64,000 nt of DNA from Paramoeba atlantica (GCA_977017575.1 CDRNVI010000002.1:1045833-1109832), one strand, 5' to 3'; counted from the stretch's first letter, positions 1 through 11,693 are shown. Translations and numbers: made by a program. The notes: generated by a model not told the origin, from the letters alone.

Positions 1-167
1 AATCCGTAATTGAACATTGAAAGGATTTTTTGATTCTCATTCTCATTTTCGCGACTATTCTCATTTTCGTGTTGATTTTGCCGTTGAACGTTGACAAGAA
101 ATAGAAAAGAAGTAGAAAAAAATCTTTGGGTCACCTGCACTCAAACTGTACCCAAAAATACGTTTTT

Positions 168-1041
168 TCAAAACAAATGTTCCCTTCGACCAAATTTCCT
201 TTTAAAGTCGTCCTGAGCACTGTCCACTGTGCGTGCGCTGGCCAAATGAAGTAGAATACAAGCTTGTAATGTCGCACGATCCTGAGTCTTTACCAATTTC
301 CAGTGGGTAAGATCCATCATTCTTCCTTCTTGCTCCGTAACTGTTACGAACCAGTAGCCTGTTACGCGCTGACGCCTCCCACGGTTGTACTTACATTTTC
401 CAATAAACGTTTCGTCAACCTGCATCCGGGCAAATTTTTAGTTTGAAGTCTGCTCCTGATGCAGGGCTGCGTTGCCAAGCGCTAGAATAATTTTCTGCAC
501 CACCTTCCGTTGCACTCCACGGTTCTGGTAAATCTGCCCAGTACACAAATGGTTTGCGGCGTCTGCCCAAAGAAGTTCGTGTCAAGAGGATCAGAGAGAA
601 TTTGCTAATTCGGGCCCGACACAGGTTTCTCTCATTCGGAAGACGGTGTTGGCAAACCATCATGTCGGGCTTTCCTGGCACATATTGGAGATAGTCCGCC
701 CCATGGAAGTAGCACGCGGCATTTTCAAACAGGTCATGTGATCTCATCCAGGTTACGGCATCCTCGCCTTGCGGAACACAGCCAATGCTTCGCCACCCCC
801 GAACACAAACAAATCTGGTACACCCCGAGCAAAGTCGTCTCGCTCGCAAATTTCGCCATACTCTATTTTGAACAACGGGTTGAGTACGAGGTTTCGGATT
901 ATTTCCATACAATGATGTCTCACGTGGAACATGCTCTATGACACGATCAAACGCCTCAAGGAACATCATTATGAGTCGATCGGCCTCATTAATTTCAGGA
1001 GAGTGTCGGTCGTGTTCATTTTGGTCTTCTGCCGGGTACAA
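168..1041 (-). pseudogene. Merlin/IS1595 (ISXO2-like) transposase relic, frameshifted and C-terminally truncated
   Basis: ORF 168-425 begins QVDETFIGKCKYNRGR, the first catalytic Asp motif of Merlin. ORF 415-1041 upstream has a Cys/His-rich N-terminal region and joins by a frameshift. Confidence 0.8.
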
Positions 1042-1261
1042 TAGGAGTCCCTAGGTATAATAAACCGGACTGTGGTTTACAAATTTTTGCCCAGATTGCA
1101 CAACAGGGTCCCTTTTGATCTATTCTCATTCTCATTTTCAAGGCCCTTTTTGAGTAGAACGTTGACACGATAATTTGTCACTCTTGAGAGGGTCATTCTC
1201 ATTTTCGTGACTGTCATATTGGTGACGATCACTGTAGCTGTTTTTAAAATATACAGGGGTG

Positions 1262-2760
1262 GGCATTCATGCGTGATACTTCGCCGGTAACAACCGTAAA
1301 AGTAGTGGGAACGGTGTGGTGTGTGTACGCCACGAAAGTAGTACCCTTAGCGTACACCCCCGCCAAAAAGTATTGTAATTTATTAGTATCGACCAAAAAT
1401 TCGTGGTCGATACTAATAAATACAATACTTTTTGTCGATTTCCACGGGTTGCCACTTGCCTCGAAAAAGTTGCACTTTATCATATCGGATCTGTAAAGTA
1501 TACTGAAGCACAAAAACAGGTCGTACCATAAGAACCCAAGTAACTATCACAAGAACTAAATAACTGGTGGTGCGAGGGAAAAGTGTAGCACTGTCAGTTC
1601 TTGGAAACATCAAACCATGGAATTAGCAATTTAATTGTTTTGATTACTCAACGCTAAAATAGTGTGAGAGAGGAACCATTCCGAGCCTGCTCAAATCTTG
1701 CCTTAGCTGTCCGCGACATTCCAAGTGTTTCTTTACGACGAGTTTCTTATCTTTCAATGGCTTCCCTGCGTGCCCCAATTTCCTGCGTTCCTGGTCAAAA
1801 CTCAAAAAAATGATCGATACTAATAAATACATTACTTTTTGTGTCGGTCATTTTTGTGGAGAATACTTTTTGGCGGGGGTGTACTCCCGGTAGCACGTAT
1901 GCACATTTCAAATCCCCTTGAGCCCGCTTGGGCCTTGACGAGGTGAAGAGAAACCATGCATTACACATCACTTTCCCTATTATTATCAATACTTTCTGGA
2001 CTTTCTGTATGTCCTTTCTTTTCTTGTGATGAGTCTTACGCTTCTCAGGCAACCCTCTTCTGAGTAACCTGAAGAAAATGAGCACCGAACCCATATATGC
2101 ACCTGAAAGTCATTATCTTTGCTCTAAAATGCAGTCATACAAATTGGGTCTATGCTGCATTTTTCAATTCTATATTATTTATTTTTTCTTCTACTCAAAA
2201 TACTTGCTTGTTTTTCACCACAACCTGTGCAGTACCTTTCAAAATTATTTATCTTATCGGTTCTTACGACCTTTGCGAAGTCACGCCTCTTCAGAGATGA
2301 AATATTCCTGAACTTCCATGCGTGATACTTCGCCGGTAACAACCGTAAAAGTAGTGGAAACGGTGTGGTATGCGTACGCCACGAAAGAAGTACGCTTAGC
2401 GTACTCCCGGTACCACGTATGCACATTCCAAATCCCCTTGAGCCTCTTGGGCCCTGACGAGGTGAAGAGAAACCATGCATTACATATCTTCTATACAAAT
2501 ATTATTTGTCTCATCGGTTCTTACGACCTTTACGAAGTCACGCCGCTTCAGAGATGAAATATTCCTGAACTTCCATGCGTGATACTTCGCCGGTAACAAC
2601 CGTAAAAGTAGTGGAAACGGTGTGGTGTGTGTACGTCACGAAAGTAGTACGCTTAGTCTACTCCCGGTACCGCGTATGCACATTCCAAATCCCCTTGAGC
2701 CTCTTGGGCCTTGACGAGGTGAAGAGAAACCATGCATTACACATCACTTTCCATATTCGT
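1262..2760. repeat. Cluster of partial and tandem duplications (~250-bp unit)
   Basis: catgcgtgatacttcgccggtaacaaccgtaaaagtagtgg recurs near 1268, 2317 and 2574. gacgaggtgaagagaaaccatgcattaca recurs near 1938, 2456 and 2713. Confidence 0.85.
2027..2106 (+). ncRNA. Candidate box C/D snoRNA-like 80-nt unit (copy 1)
   Basis: Starts with TGATGA (C box), has internal CTGA, and ends with CTGA (D box). Duplicated at 3965-4044. Confidence 0.25.
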
Positions 2761-2816
2761 TTCCGTCTAGTGTAATAATCTTTTAGAATATACCACATTC
2801 CGCTTTAACATTTCTG

Positions 2817-2984
2817 TAAAAGGGGGGTTCGTCTACGTATTATTAACAACCATCTATTATTAACAATGGTACTATTTCATCTATTAACATTCATCTATTA
2901 TTACCAAACATTATTATTATTAATAATAATATTATTAACAAAAACGTTTGTTAATAACGTATATAATGACGAACCCCCCCTTTA
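2817..2984. mobile_element. TA-flanked MITE (~170 bp)
   Basis: taaaaggggggttcgtc (2817-2833) and gacgaacccccccttta (2968-2984) are near-perfect inverted repeats around an AT-rich interior. Confidence 0.7.
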
Positions 2985-3149
2985 GCTAGGTAACATTGCC
3001 GGGGGCAATGTTATGATGTTCCATGCGTTTTTTAACGTCTCCCCCCCTAAAAATTTTGTAGACTCCGGAAAAATGAATCAATTTTTCTTTTTCAAAATTT
3101 TGACGTAACTTTAATTACGTCTTCTTCCATTATTACGGTTTCCGCCATT

Positions 3150-3800
3150 ATTCTATTAGAATCATCAAGAAGAGGTAAGGCGCCAGTACATCTTGTAAAG
3201 TTCCATTTTCTGTCGAAAACCGTTCCGCTTCTCCATAGGGTGTCCTAACGTATGATGTTAAACCCTCGTATGCTCAAGGTTACTTTAGTAAGACTTTCTG
3301 GTATATGAAAAGCTCTTACAGCATCTTTTATTGCCGAGAAGGTGACAGAGGGAAACGCTTGTTTAAAGTCGACGAACTTAATGGCGACGCCTTTGCCTCT
3401 TGTGGCTTTGGTGGCTATTTCCATGAAGGTTGCTTGGGCGCCTGCAGTGGATCTATCTTAGTGTATGCACTCTAAAACCATCCTCTTCATTATTTTCACA
3501 ACCTGGTTGACAATGCATACTGGTCTCCAGTTTGAGAGCTCGTTCAGATTGCCCTTCTTCGGGGGTGGGACTTGTAGAATAGTTTTCCATTTCTCCACAG
3601 CAACTCCGGTGCTCATTACGTCGTTCATAATATTTAGCAACGTACCCAGTAAAGATTCACTTTGAGCCAGAGCTCGAAGAGCCTCTATAGGGATATCATC
3701 AGACCCAGACGCCTTTCCAGACCCCCTCTACCGATGAGCCACCACGCGAGATTCTTAACACTGCTCCCCTACATGGTCCTCCAGATTTTCGATACGCATG
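3150..3800 (-). pseudogene. Non-LTR retrotransposon reverse transcriptase fragment
   Basis: Minus-strand frames give KASGSDDIPIEAL, WKTILQVPPPKKGNLNELSNWRPVCIVNQVVKI, FVDFKQAFPSV and GTLQDVLAPYLF, which are LINE-type RT motifs. Stops and frameshifts are present. Confidence 0.8.
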
Positions 3801-3964
3801 TACGCTGACGGAGTAATTTAATAAAGTTCAAGAACGCCAAGAAAGTGAAAAAAAAGAATTCGATGCAATGGGCGAAGAGTAATATACTTAACATTCTTGT
3901 AGCTACTTAACATTCCCCACGGAATGTTAAGCCGGAGTGGTTTAATATTTTGTTCCTTTCTTTC

Positions 3965-4044
3965 TGATGAGTCTTACGCTTCTCAGGCAACCCTCTTCTG
4001 AATAACCTGAAGAAAATGAGCACCGAACCCATATATGCACCTGA
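3965..4044 (+). ncRNA. Candidate box C/D snoRNA-like 80-nt unit (copy 2)
   Basis: One mismatch to 2027-2106. Similarity begins near TGATGA and ends just after CTGA. Confidence 0.25.
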
Positions 4045-4079
4045 AAAATATATATTTCATACCAGCTTAACATTTCTCT

Positions 4080-6350
4080 TATTGCGGTGGTTGTATAACT
4101 ACCGCTCTACCCTCGATTATTGAAAAAAGGTGAACAAAAACAGTGAAAATATAAAGAGGAACACAGTAATATAATAGAAGAAAAAAATAAAAAAGGGGGC
4201 TCCGGTGGTCCAAAACTGAAAAAAAGAATTCAAAAAAATGGGGGGGGGTCCAAGGGTGGGGCATAAGTCGCGAAATTTTTATCGAATTTTTTGCTTTTCA
4301 AAATCGAGCGCAGGGAAGTGGTAGAGTATGCCGCGGCGATGACTTTCCACCCCCCCTCCAGGGGGTACTCCCCCTGGTACGCGCGAGAGGGGTCCGACAA
4401 GGTCAAAACTTCCGAAATTTTTGGGATGACCCAAAAAAATATTTTTGACCCAAAACAAAATAAAAATATTCTTTTTCCAGAATCGACTTCTAAAAAGTAT
4501 TTTAAGAGTTTAGGACCTCAGCTACCGTTCTGCGACGTTTTTTTCGACAGATTCGTAATTTTTGCCGAAAAATCGAGCTTTTTCCCCGAAAAAAGTAGAT
4601 TTTTCATGATCTTTGGGAGATATTTCTTTTTTAGGCTCTTCGTTAAACGCGGTGGTAGTTTTCAACGGGAAGCGCACAGCATGAGTGACTTCTGACCCGG
4701 GGAACGGCATATTATTCAATAACGCTATATTATTCAAATTACACTATATTATTCAAATTAACACTATATTATTCAAATTAACACTATATAATTCAAATTG
4801 CGGTGGTTGTATAACTACCGCTCTACACTCGATTATTGAAAAAAAGTGAACAAAAACAGTTAAAATATAAAGAGCAACACAGTAATATAATAAAGAAAAA
4901 AAATATAAAAGCGGGCTCCGGTGGTCCAAAACTGAAAAAAAAAATTAAATAAAATGGGGGGTCCATGGGGGGGGACATACATGTACATCGCGAATTTTCT
5001 TTTCGAATTTTTTGCTTTTCCAAATCCAGGGGGTCATGGTCGTGCAAATCTTTTCGAAAAAATTATTTTTCGAAACAAAACCGCAGAAGGGGTAGTCGGG
5101 GTCTTGGCGCGCATTTTTCACCCCCCTACCCGGGGGTGACCCCCCCGCTTATCCGCAGGACGGGTCCGCCAAGTTCGGATTTTTTCGCAAAAATTTTTTT
5201 GAAAAAAATTTCAACTTGGCGAAAAAAATGGCAAAAAAACTATTTTTCCAAAATTGTTTCGCCTATTGTATTTTGATAGCTTGGGACCTATACTAGCTTT
5301 CTCCACAATTGTTTTCGCCAGATATCCCTTATTCAAGACGTGGTATGCCTGCTAAATTGGCCCATTTTTGACTAAAAAAGGTGAAAAAGTATTTTTCGGG
5401 CCCCAAGGGACCTTTTTGTGTGGAAAGAATGGTGTGGTTGGAGTCGTATTCTCCACCCAATACGTTCGGTAGGTTTTTATTCATGCCTACGAGTAATTTC
5501 CCAAGCGCAAAAAAAAATATTTTTACAAATTTCTTTTAACGTGATAATAGTGCCAAAACATAGATCTCTGCGAGAGCTCTCGAATGCGCTATTATTTTCC
5601 AAAATTGCGCAAAGATTGCTAATTTTAGACCTCCCCAGCATCTGATTTGCACCCCTGTATAACTACCGCTCTACCCTCGATTATTGAAAAAAGTGAACAA
5701 AAACAGTGAAAATATTAAGAGGAACACAGTAATATAATAGAAGAAAAATGTGTATTAAAGGGGACCCCGGTGGTCCAAAACTGAAAAATTGAAAAAATGA
5801 GGGGCATACGTCACGAAACCTTTTTCGAACTTTTTGCTTTTCAAAATCGAGTGCGGGGAAGTGGTAGAGTATGCCGCGGGGATAATTTTCCACCCCCCCA
5901 CCTGGGGGTGACCCCCCCCCCTGGTACGCGCAGGAAGGGTCCGACAAGTTCGAAAATTCTGAAATTTTTGGGGTGACCCCAAAAAAACAAATTTGACCAA
6001 AAACAAAATAAAAACAATATTTTTCCAAAAATCGACTCATAAAACGTATTTTGAGAGTTTGGTACCTCAGCTACCATTCTACGACGTTTTTTTCGAGAGA
6101 TTCGCCTCCTGCCCCTACTGGTAAGGTAGCAAACGTGGCCCAAATTTGAGTTACAATTTCGCAATTTTCGCCGAAAAATCGAGCTTTTTCACCCAAAATA
6201 GATTATTCATGATCTTTTGGCGATTTTTCTTGTTTAGGCTCTTCGTTAAACGCGGAGGTAGTTTTCAACGCGAAACGCGCAGCATGAGTGACTTCTAAGT
6301 TGAAAACAACCACCACGTTTAACGAAGAGCCTAAATTAAAATACACTTCT
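4080..6350 (+). repeat. Modular dispersed repeat family, cluster 1
   Basis: Module actaccgctctac(c/a)ctcgattattgaaaaaagtgaacaaaaacagtg occurs three times. The hairpin module ttttttaggctcttcgttaaacgcgg is present. The same modules recur at 29.9-30.8 kb and 57.5-61.5 kb. Confidence 0.9.
4710..4800. repeat. ~20-bp minisatellite (acactatattattcaaatta, 4-5 copies)
   Basis: Tandem units read directly from the sequence. Confidence 0.85.
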
Positions 6351-6636
6351 TTGAACGCCTTTTTTCGATCGTTGAACATGAACATGTAAACCACAGTTCA
6401 GTTTACCATACCTATACCCCCGCAATATATTGGGGGGTATATTACTGTGTCCACTCCGTTTTGATATACCCATCCTCCGACAGTAATATCTAAAATCTTA
6501 GAAAAGACCTGACGGAAAGAGTATTTACAAAAAATAAAGGAGATTTCGCGTCTTTTGACCCTAAACTGGCTTTTTCATAAATTTCGTAAACGAATTTTGC
6601 AATAAGTCGCCCCGCTAAGCTAATAGTCCTAACCTG

Positions 6637-7383
6637 ATGCATGCATTTTCGGAACACGACGCTATTACTCGTAAAGGAAAAGTGCATTCTTTTCTCGTTC
6701 CTTCTCCTGAGGCCCAGCTGTGGGAATTCGCAAAGCATTTTGACGCCCCCATCCCGAGTTGGAACGTTAAAACCCCGATAGAGAGCTGGTATGGAATTTT
6801 TTACGGAGATAAAATTTGGAGAGTAGAATATTCGTTCCCCCAACTTGGTGGTGTGCTACGCTTGGAAGTTTTGCCAAGAGGTGTAACTCACTTGTCTCTC
6901 ACACGTTGTGGCCTGCGGGGACAACTAAACCTAGATGATCTCCCTGGGGGTACGGTTGTTCTTCATCTCAATAAAAACTTTTTTTCTGGACCCATTTCGT
7001 TAGACTTACTTCCTGTAACCCTTCAAATCTTGAATCTTTCGAATAACAGGTTATGTGGTTCTTTGTCATTCGACTTATTACCACTATCTTTATTAAAAGT
7101 ATATTTGCAAAGCAACATTTTCGGAGGTGCTTTTAGGCTACATGAGGTTCCTGACACGGTACGCGTTTTAGATTTGAGTAGCAATCGCCTCATGGGATTA
7201 GTCAATGTGACAAGCTTTTCGACTCAGAAAAATCAAATTATTAAACTGAGCAGAAATGAACTCCTTTTCGAGCCTGACATCACGCATCCCAACATTGAAA
7301 GGGAGCTACACTCTGACTTTGAACTTTTCCTAATTTCGGCGTCTGTCATTTCATGGGTATTTCTTGCCATTTATGCCACTTAA
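6637..7383 (+). CDS. Leucine-rich repeat protein with plant-type N-cap and hydrophobic C-terminus
   Basis: LPxxLxxLxLxxNxFxGxIxLxx-like repeats, cap SWNVKTPIESWYG, C-terminal FLISASVISWVFLAIYAT. Confidence 0.85.
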   Translation: MHAFSEHDAITRKGKVHSFLVPSPEAQLWEFAKHFDAPIPSWNVKTPIESWYGIFYGDKIWRVEYSFPQLGGVLRLEVLPRGVTHLSLTRCGLRGQLNLDDLPGGTVVLHLNKNFFSGPISLDLLPVTLQILNLSNNRLCGSLSFDLLPLSLLKVYLQSNIFGGAFRLHEVPDTVRVLDLSSNRLMGLVNVTSFSTQKNQIIKLSRNELLFEPDITHPNIERELHSDFELFLISASVISWVFLAIYAT

Positions 7384-7557
7384 CGTTATCGAAAATTTTA
7401 CCTTTATCGTAAAATTAACGTTATCGAAAATGATGATACAGACGCTGATCAACTACTATTTGCGCTTACTTACATAACTTACAACTTGTAGCTTTCCTTC
7501 AATTTATCTTTCCTTAATTTATCGTTCCCGTAATATTTACGGGCACTGTACAAATTT

Positions 7558-8409
7558 TTGCGAGCACTGTGCTTACAAGAACGTACAACGTGCTCACCTT
7601 TTTCTCACACCCATCCCGAATTCTCCCCTTTCCCTTTTACTTCCACTTCCCCCATGCACGCAACACGCCTTTCTTCCCTCTCTAACCGCTACACCCTATC
7701 CCACCCTCCCCTCCCCACCTCACTCCAACACTTCACCCCTTCCCTTTTCTCCTTTTCTCGCCCCCGACTCCCACCTCTCTTTTCCCCTCGCATCACCTTT
7801 CCCCTCCCTCGCATCGCCTCCCCCTCCCCCTCCTCCCCCTACACCTTTTCCCTCCCCCCCTACTCCACCACAACCCCCACACGCCATCCCACAACCCCCT
7901 CCTCCCCCTCCTCCCCCCGCCCCCCTCTCGAGCCCATGCCCACCAAGGACCGCTACCCCCCACCCGGGTACAACCCCCACGACCCCCGCACCCCCCTCGC
8001 CCTCCTCATCGACGGCTCCACCCTCTCCCCCGCGACCTACGCGGACCGCCTCCCCCTCCTCACCCACCCCCGCGACCCCCACCCCCGCGGCACCACCTAC
8101 CTCCCCCTCCTCCACCGCGTCTTCGCCCACACCCTCCCCCCGGACTGGGCCGTCCCCCTCCCCGCCCTCGGCGTCTCCCCCGAGCCCTTCCGCGTCGAGT
8201 CCTTCCTCCCGGTCCGGATGCAGATGGGGGCGGACGCCCACCACCTGGTCGAGTTCACGGCGGACAACAAGTACCGCGCGGTTGGCTTCGTGTGTGTGGC
8301 CGAGGACCGGGGGTATTTCGAAAAGGTGGCGTGGGGGCTGCGGGGGTACGGGGTGGAGTTCCTAGTGCTGGACAGCGCGGGGGAGTTGAGTGTGCAGAGG
8401 GAGGGGTGA
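7558..8409 (+). CDS. Hypothetical protein with a possible NYN/PIN-like domain (true start probably 7654 or later)
   Basis: ALLIDG N-terminal motif and FVCVAEDRGYFEKVAWGLRGYGVEFLV resemble NYN. The N-terminus is Pro/Ser low complexity. Confidence 0.5.
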   Translation: MRALCLQERTTCSPFSHTHPEFSPFPFTSTSPMHATRLSSLSNRYTLSHPPLPTSLQHFTPSLFSFSRPRLPPLFSPRITFPLPRIASPSPSSPYTFSLPPYSTTTPTRHPTTPSSPSSPRPPLEPMPTKDRYPPPGYNPHDPRTPLALLIDGSTLSPATYADRLPLLTHPRDPHPRGTTYLPLLHRVFAHTLPPDWAVPLPALGVSPEPFRVESFLPVRMQMGADAHHLVEFTADNKYRAVGFVCVAEDRGYFEKVAWGLRGYGVEFLVLDSAGELSVQREG

Positions 8410-8542
8410 ATGGGGAGGGGAGGGGGGGTAGAGGATGAGAAGGGTAGAGGAGGAACAGAAAAGAGGCGGGTGGTTTTGATGGAAAGTTTTGCTTTGTCGT
8501 TTTTTGTAACAGGATAGGGAGGGGTAGAATTTTCTTTTTTTA

Positions 8543-9466
8543 TTGAATCTCCTGTCTTGGTACTTACATTTGCCCCCCTCCCTTGTTTGCATGATCCTTG
8601 AAAATGTTTTCCATCGAAAATTACTGTATCGCACAACCCTCCAGTACACCAACGATTATCAAAGGCACAGATTGTGGGAAGGGCTTTATTCTCGAATCCG
8701 AAACTCAAGGCGAGCAAATATGCGTTATTTCCACAGTTTTGTCCTGTATCATTTCGTGCAGACGGTTCATTTCGTTCTAAAAGAACATCAGTGTCATCCC
8801 AAGAGAACCACTTTCAACATATTATTATGCGATATAAAATCCATACGACGATTGAAAATGAAACATCGCAATATCAATCGTGCAACAGATGCCCTCTGTT
8901 TTGTACACCCTTTCTCTTTAAATCAACTAGAAACGGCGTTCCGCACCTTGGAATCTATGGATTCTGTGCTTGAACCTGCCCCGAATGTTCTGGTTGAGAA
9001 TGATTTGGGAATCATAGCGCTTTGTCCCTGCTACATTATAGGACAGTGTCTTAGAAAAAGGGGTACCTCACTTGGATGGATAGAAAAGCCTAAAGTAGAC
9101 CACAATGCCTATCTGAAATCACATAAAACAAACATTTGCATGCCTCATATGGATAAAACGTTTATTGGCCTCTTGTGGCGACGTACTACTGCGGTAGCCA
9201 TCCATGTTGGCTTGCATATGCTAGGTTATACTCACCCGGAATCGTTACCTCAACGGTATCAGCGTACTGTCTCTAACGGTCTATGTTTCCTTAAGAGAGC
9301 GCTTGGGTTTGATTCGACGCAAACGTTAAAGAGTACCTCAATGGCTCAAAAAGAGCGTCAGCTAGCCAGAAAATATATTTTCAACATTTATCGACGAAAG
9401 AGAAGGATTCTTATGGGTCCAGGTGAAAGGTTTGCACGTTTAAGCCCTTTTACTCCTGTTGTCTAG
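8543..9466 (+). CDS. Hypothetical protein (307 aa)
   Basis: Long ORF co-oriented with the gene cluster; no recognisable motif. Confidence 0.5.
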   Translation: MNLLSWYLHLPPSLVCMILENVFHRKLLYRTTLQYTNDYQRHRLWEGLYSRIRNSRRANMRYFHSFVLYHFVQTVHFVLKEHQCHPKRTTFNILLCDIKSIRRLKMKHRNINRATDALCFVHPFSLNQLETAFRTLESMDSVLEPAPNVLVENDLGIIALCPCYIIGQCLRKRGTSLGWIEKPKVDHNAYLKSHKTNICMPHMDKTFIGLLWRRTTAVAIHVGLHMLGYTHPESLPQRYQRTVSNGLCFLKRALGFDSTQTLKSTSMAQKERQLARKYIFNIYRRKRRILMGPGERFARLSPFTPVV

Positions 9467-9841
9467 CGTAGAACCATTTTTTTCCTGTGTAACTTGTTCA
9501 ATTTTTGAGAAGCTTTTGAGCCATTCTCACCTAGATACACAAGGGTGGCGATTTCTAGATCATACTCCTTGGTTAACACCTCTGTAATACACCTCTGTAT
9601 AAAGAATTCATTTTTCATTCTTTCCAAAAGCTAGTATTTCTTGTTGACTCCTAAATACATGTATCTCCTGAATTTGGTTTTTTCTTCGCGATATGTTTTT
9701 GGTTTACGTCGCATGTTCTGATGAGTGTTCCGGGACTGAACGTATCCAAGCAAGTCGCATTTGAGGGGCAGGACTTCCGCAAGAGTACGAACCTGAGCAA
9801 CTGGTACGCGACATTTCTACTCGTCTTCCATCATGGACATC

Positions 9842-10451
9842 TCACACTCCCGCCTGTAAGTGGGAGTGCTTCTCCTGCAACACGGACTTGAAAGTAATAT
9901 GGCTTATCGCTAGGAACATGAAGGGTAAGCTTGACCTCCCACATCTCTCTTTCTCTTTCGAACGCTTGCAATGTGCAAGAGGGTATCTTTTTTGGATCAC
10001 TTTAGCTGCATGAACTCCCGTCAAACTTACAGGAGCTCGATCTTTCGCGTGGGAAGCTGTAAGGAGTCCTAGGTAGCATGTTTCGATAGCTACATACGTG
10101 CTTGCATCTGTTTCCCAAGCGACCGTCTCGACAAGAGCACCTAGTTCCATTGAGTCCTATGTAGAGGGTATAGCTTCTTTCCGTATTTCCAAGGACCTGG
10201 TATTTATATTCACCAAATTCTGTTTTTCCTTGACGTCTCATGAGACGAATATGCTCTTGCATTGCCCTACCAAGTCGAGTTGTAGGGGCGTCTTCCTCAC
10301 TTGAATCGCTCGATGCATCATCCGGTTCGCCGCTGGATGATTCTTCCTCCTCCAACACATCTTCCCCATCAGGAAAGGGCCCTGACGAGTGTTCCGCCAT
10401 AACTTTCATTAGTTTCTGAAAGCGATGAACAGGAGGAGTCTTAAAAAACAT
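9842..10451 (-). pseudogene. SWIM zinc-finger ORF, probably frameshifted
   Basis: YQVLGNTERSYTLYIGLNGTRCSCRDGRLGNRCKH matches the SWIM CxC...CKH pattern after an acidic tract. It probably continues in the overlapping frame YVAIETCYLGLLTASH. Confidence 0.6.
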
Positions 10452-10489
10452 TTGGCATAAAATGCTGGCTCGTGATTGGCATCTTTCAA

Positions 10490-11304
10490 TGGTTCGTCCC
10501 CAGGTGTGAAAAAACCTTGAACAATGTTGTTTTAGGGTAGCGTGTGCAGGCTCTGCATTGTTCGTATGTACAGTGAATCCTGGAGAGTGTTCGCGCGAAA
10601 ATGCGTCTGCATGACATGTCGTATGACGTCGACAGAATTCGTCTGCTCCACGATACGCGCGCCATTCGTCTGTAATAACAAGGGCGTTTCTTCCTGCAAT
10701 GACGCATCGTATGAAATCATGGCATATTCATGTCCTTGGTACGACGAATTGTAGCCTCCCAATAAGTCTGTGTAGACTTTCCTGTTTCTGGATCTACTTC
10801 GGCTGCTGTTATAAACCAAAATTTACATTGACGCACCTTTCGCCCTCGGTTATGAAGGCGTCTTCCAATATAGGTTTCATCAACCATTAAGTAAGCCATG
10901 AGCGTCTGTGAAGCCCGAATAATTGAGAAGGTTCTTTCTAGCTGTTCAATATCGCGCAGAACCTGGCGTTGAGACGGACGAACGCTGAGAGCAATTGAAC
11001 TTGGAAGGTGGCCCTGAGCGAAGAGCAACCAGATTCGAAATTTGGAAACAATGCTAGTTCCACTGGGGAAGAAATGACCATATAATGGAATTTTTAATCA
11101 GCACTTGCTCCCATTTGCCAATCGTTTGTAACAGATTCTGCCCAGAGGTCTGACTTCACAACGTGGACAAACTGTTGAGCTGCCGAAATCATGGCCTTGA
11201 AGCCAAAGAATCACATTTTCCTCGGTAATATCAAGCACTGACTTCACCAAAAGAAGACATGCAAATGTGACAACCAGAGCAATCCATAATAGGTGCAATT
11301 CCAA
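10490..11304 (-). pseudogene. Merlin/IS1595-like transposase, frameshifted
   Basis: WLQGHDFGSSTVCPRC (Zn ribbon) and VDETYIGRRLHNRGR. My translation of the third frame gives VITDEWRAY...VHTNNAE, so the D-D-E triad is present. Confidence 0.85.
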
Positions 11305-11693
11305 TAAAAAAGAGAATATGTTATAAGGTAGAAGTCTATTTCGATAAAATATACTCTAACCTGCGTATTTAGATCATGGACAACCACTGTAATACACTGA
11401 AGTATACATTTTCGAGACCGATAAAATGTCTAAAACGCCTAAAAATAGCGTTTTCTTGCTCATTTCGCACCGACAAAAAGAAGAGGAAAATATTTTCTTT
11501 TGCATTTTTTTGGGTACATTTTCATGTCGTTCATCCCGAAAAAATAAACAAGTGCTAAGAACAATTTTAAGTTGGTGGGAGGACCAGTATAAAACCACTT
11601 TTAAGAAACTTTTGCTGTCTCTTCAAGGGCGCATGGATTTCTTTTTCTTCCTTCAAACTTCCCTTAACAGACCTCCTTACTTATTTTTTCTCC

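Noticed and set aside
2455-2480. Hammerhead-like CTGACGA...GAAA (also CTGATGA at 3964 and ~9718)
   Set aside because: No stem II with a closing G-C pair and no compatible stems I/III.
1795-2498. piggyBac-like C-terminal words (VMCNAWFLF, KRRDF, RYCTGC)
   Set aside because: Too short and scattered, with no TTAA/TIR or DDD motifs found.
4715-4740. taacgctatattatt resembling the start of the spliced-leader exon
   Set aside because: It is part of a minisatellite and lacks the conserved CAGTTTCTGTACT...TTG.
1252-5659. TA-CAGGGGTG ... CACCCCTG-TA as Tc1 ends
   Set aside because: Only an 8-bp match across 4.4 kb.
4080-6350. CRISPR-like interpretation of the repeats
   Set aside because: No constant repeat with unique spacers, no cas genes, and a eukaryotic context.
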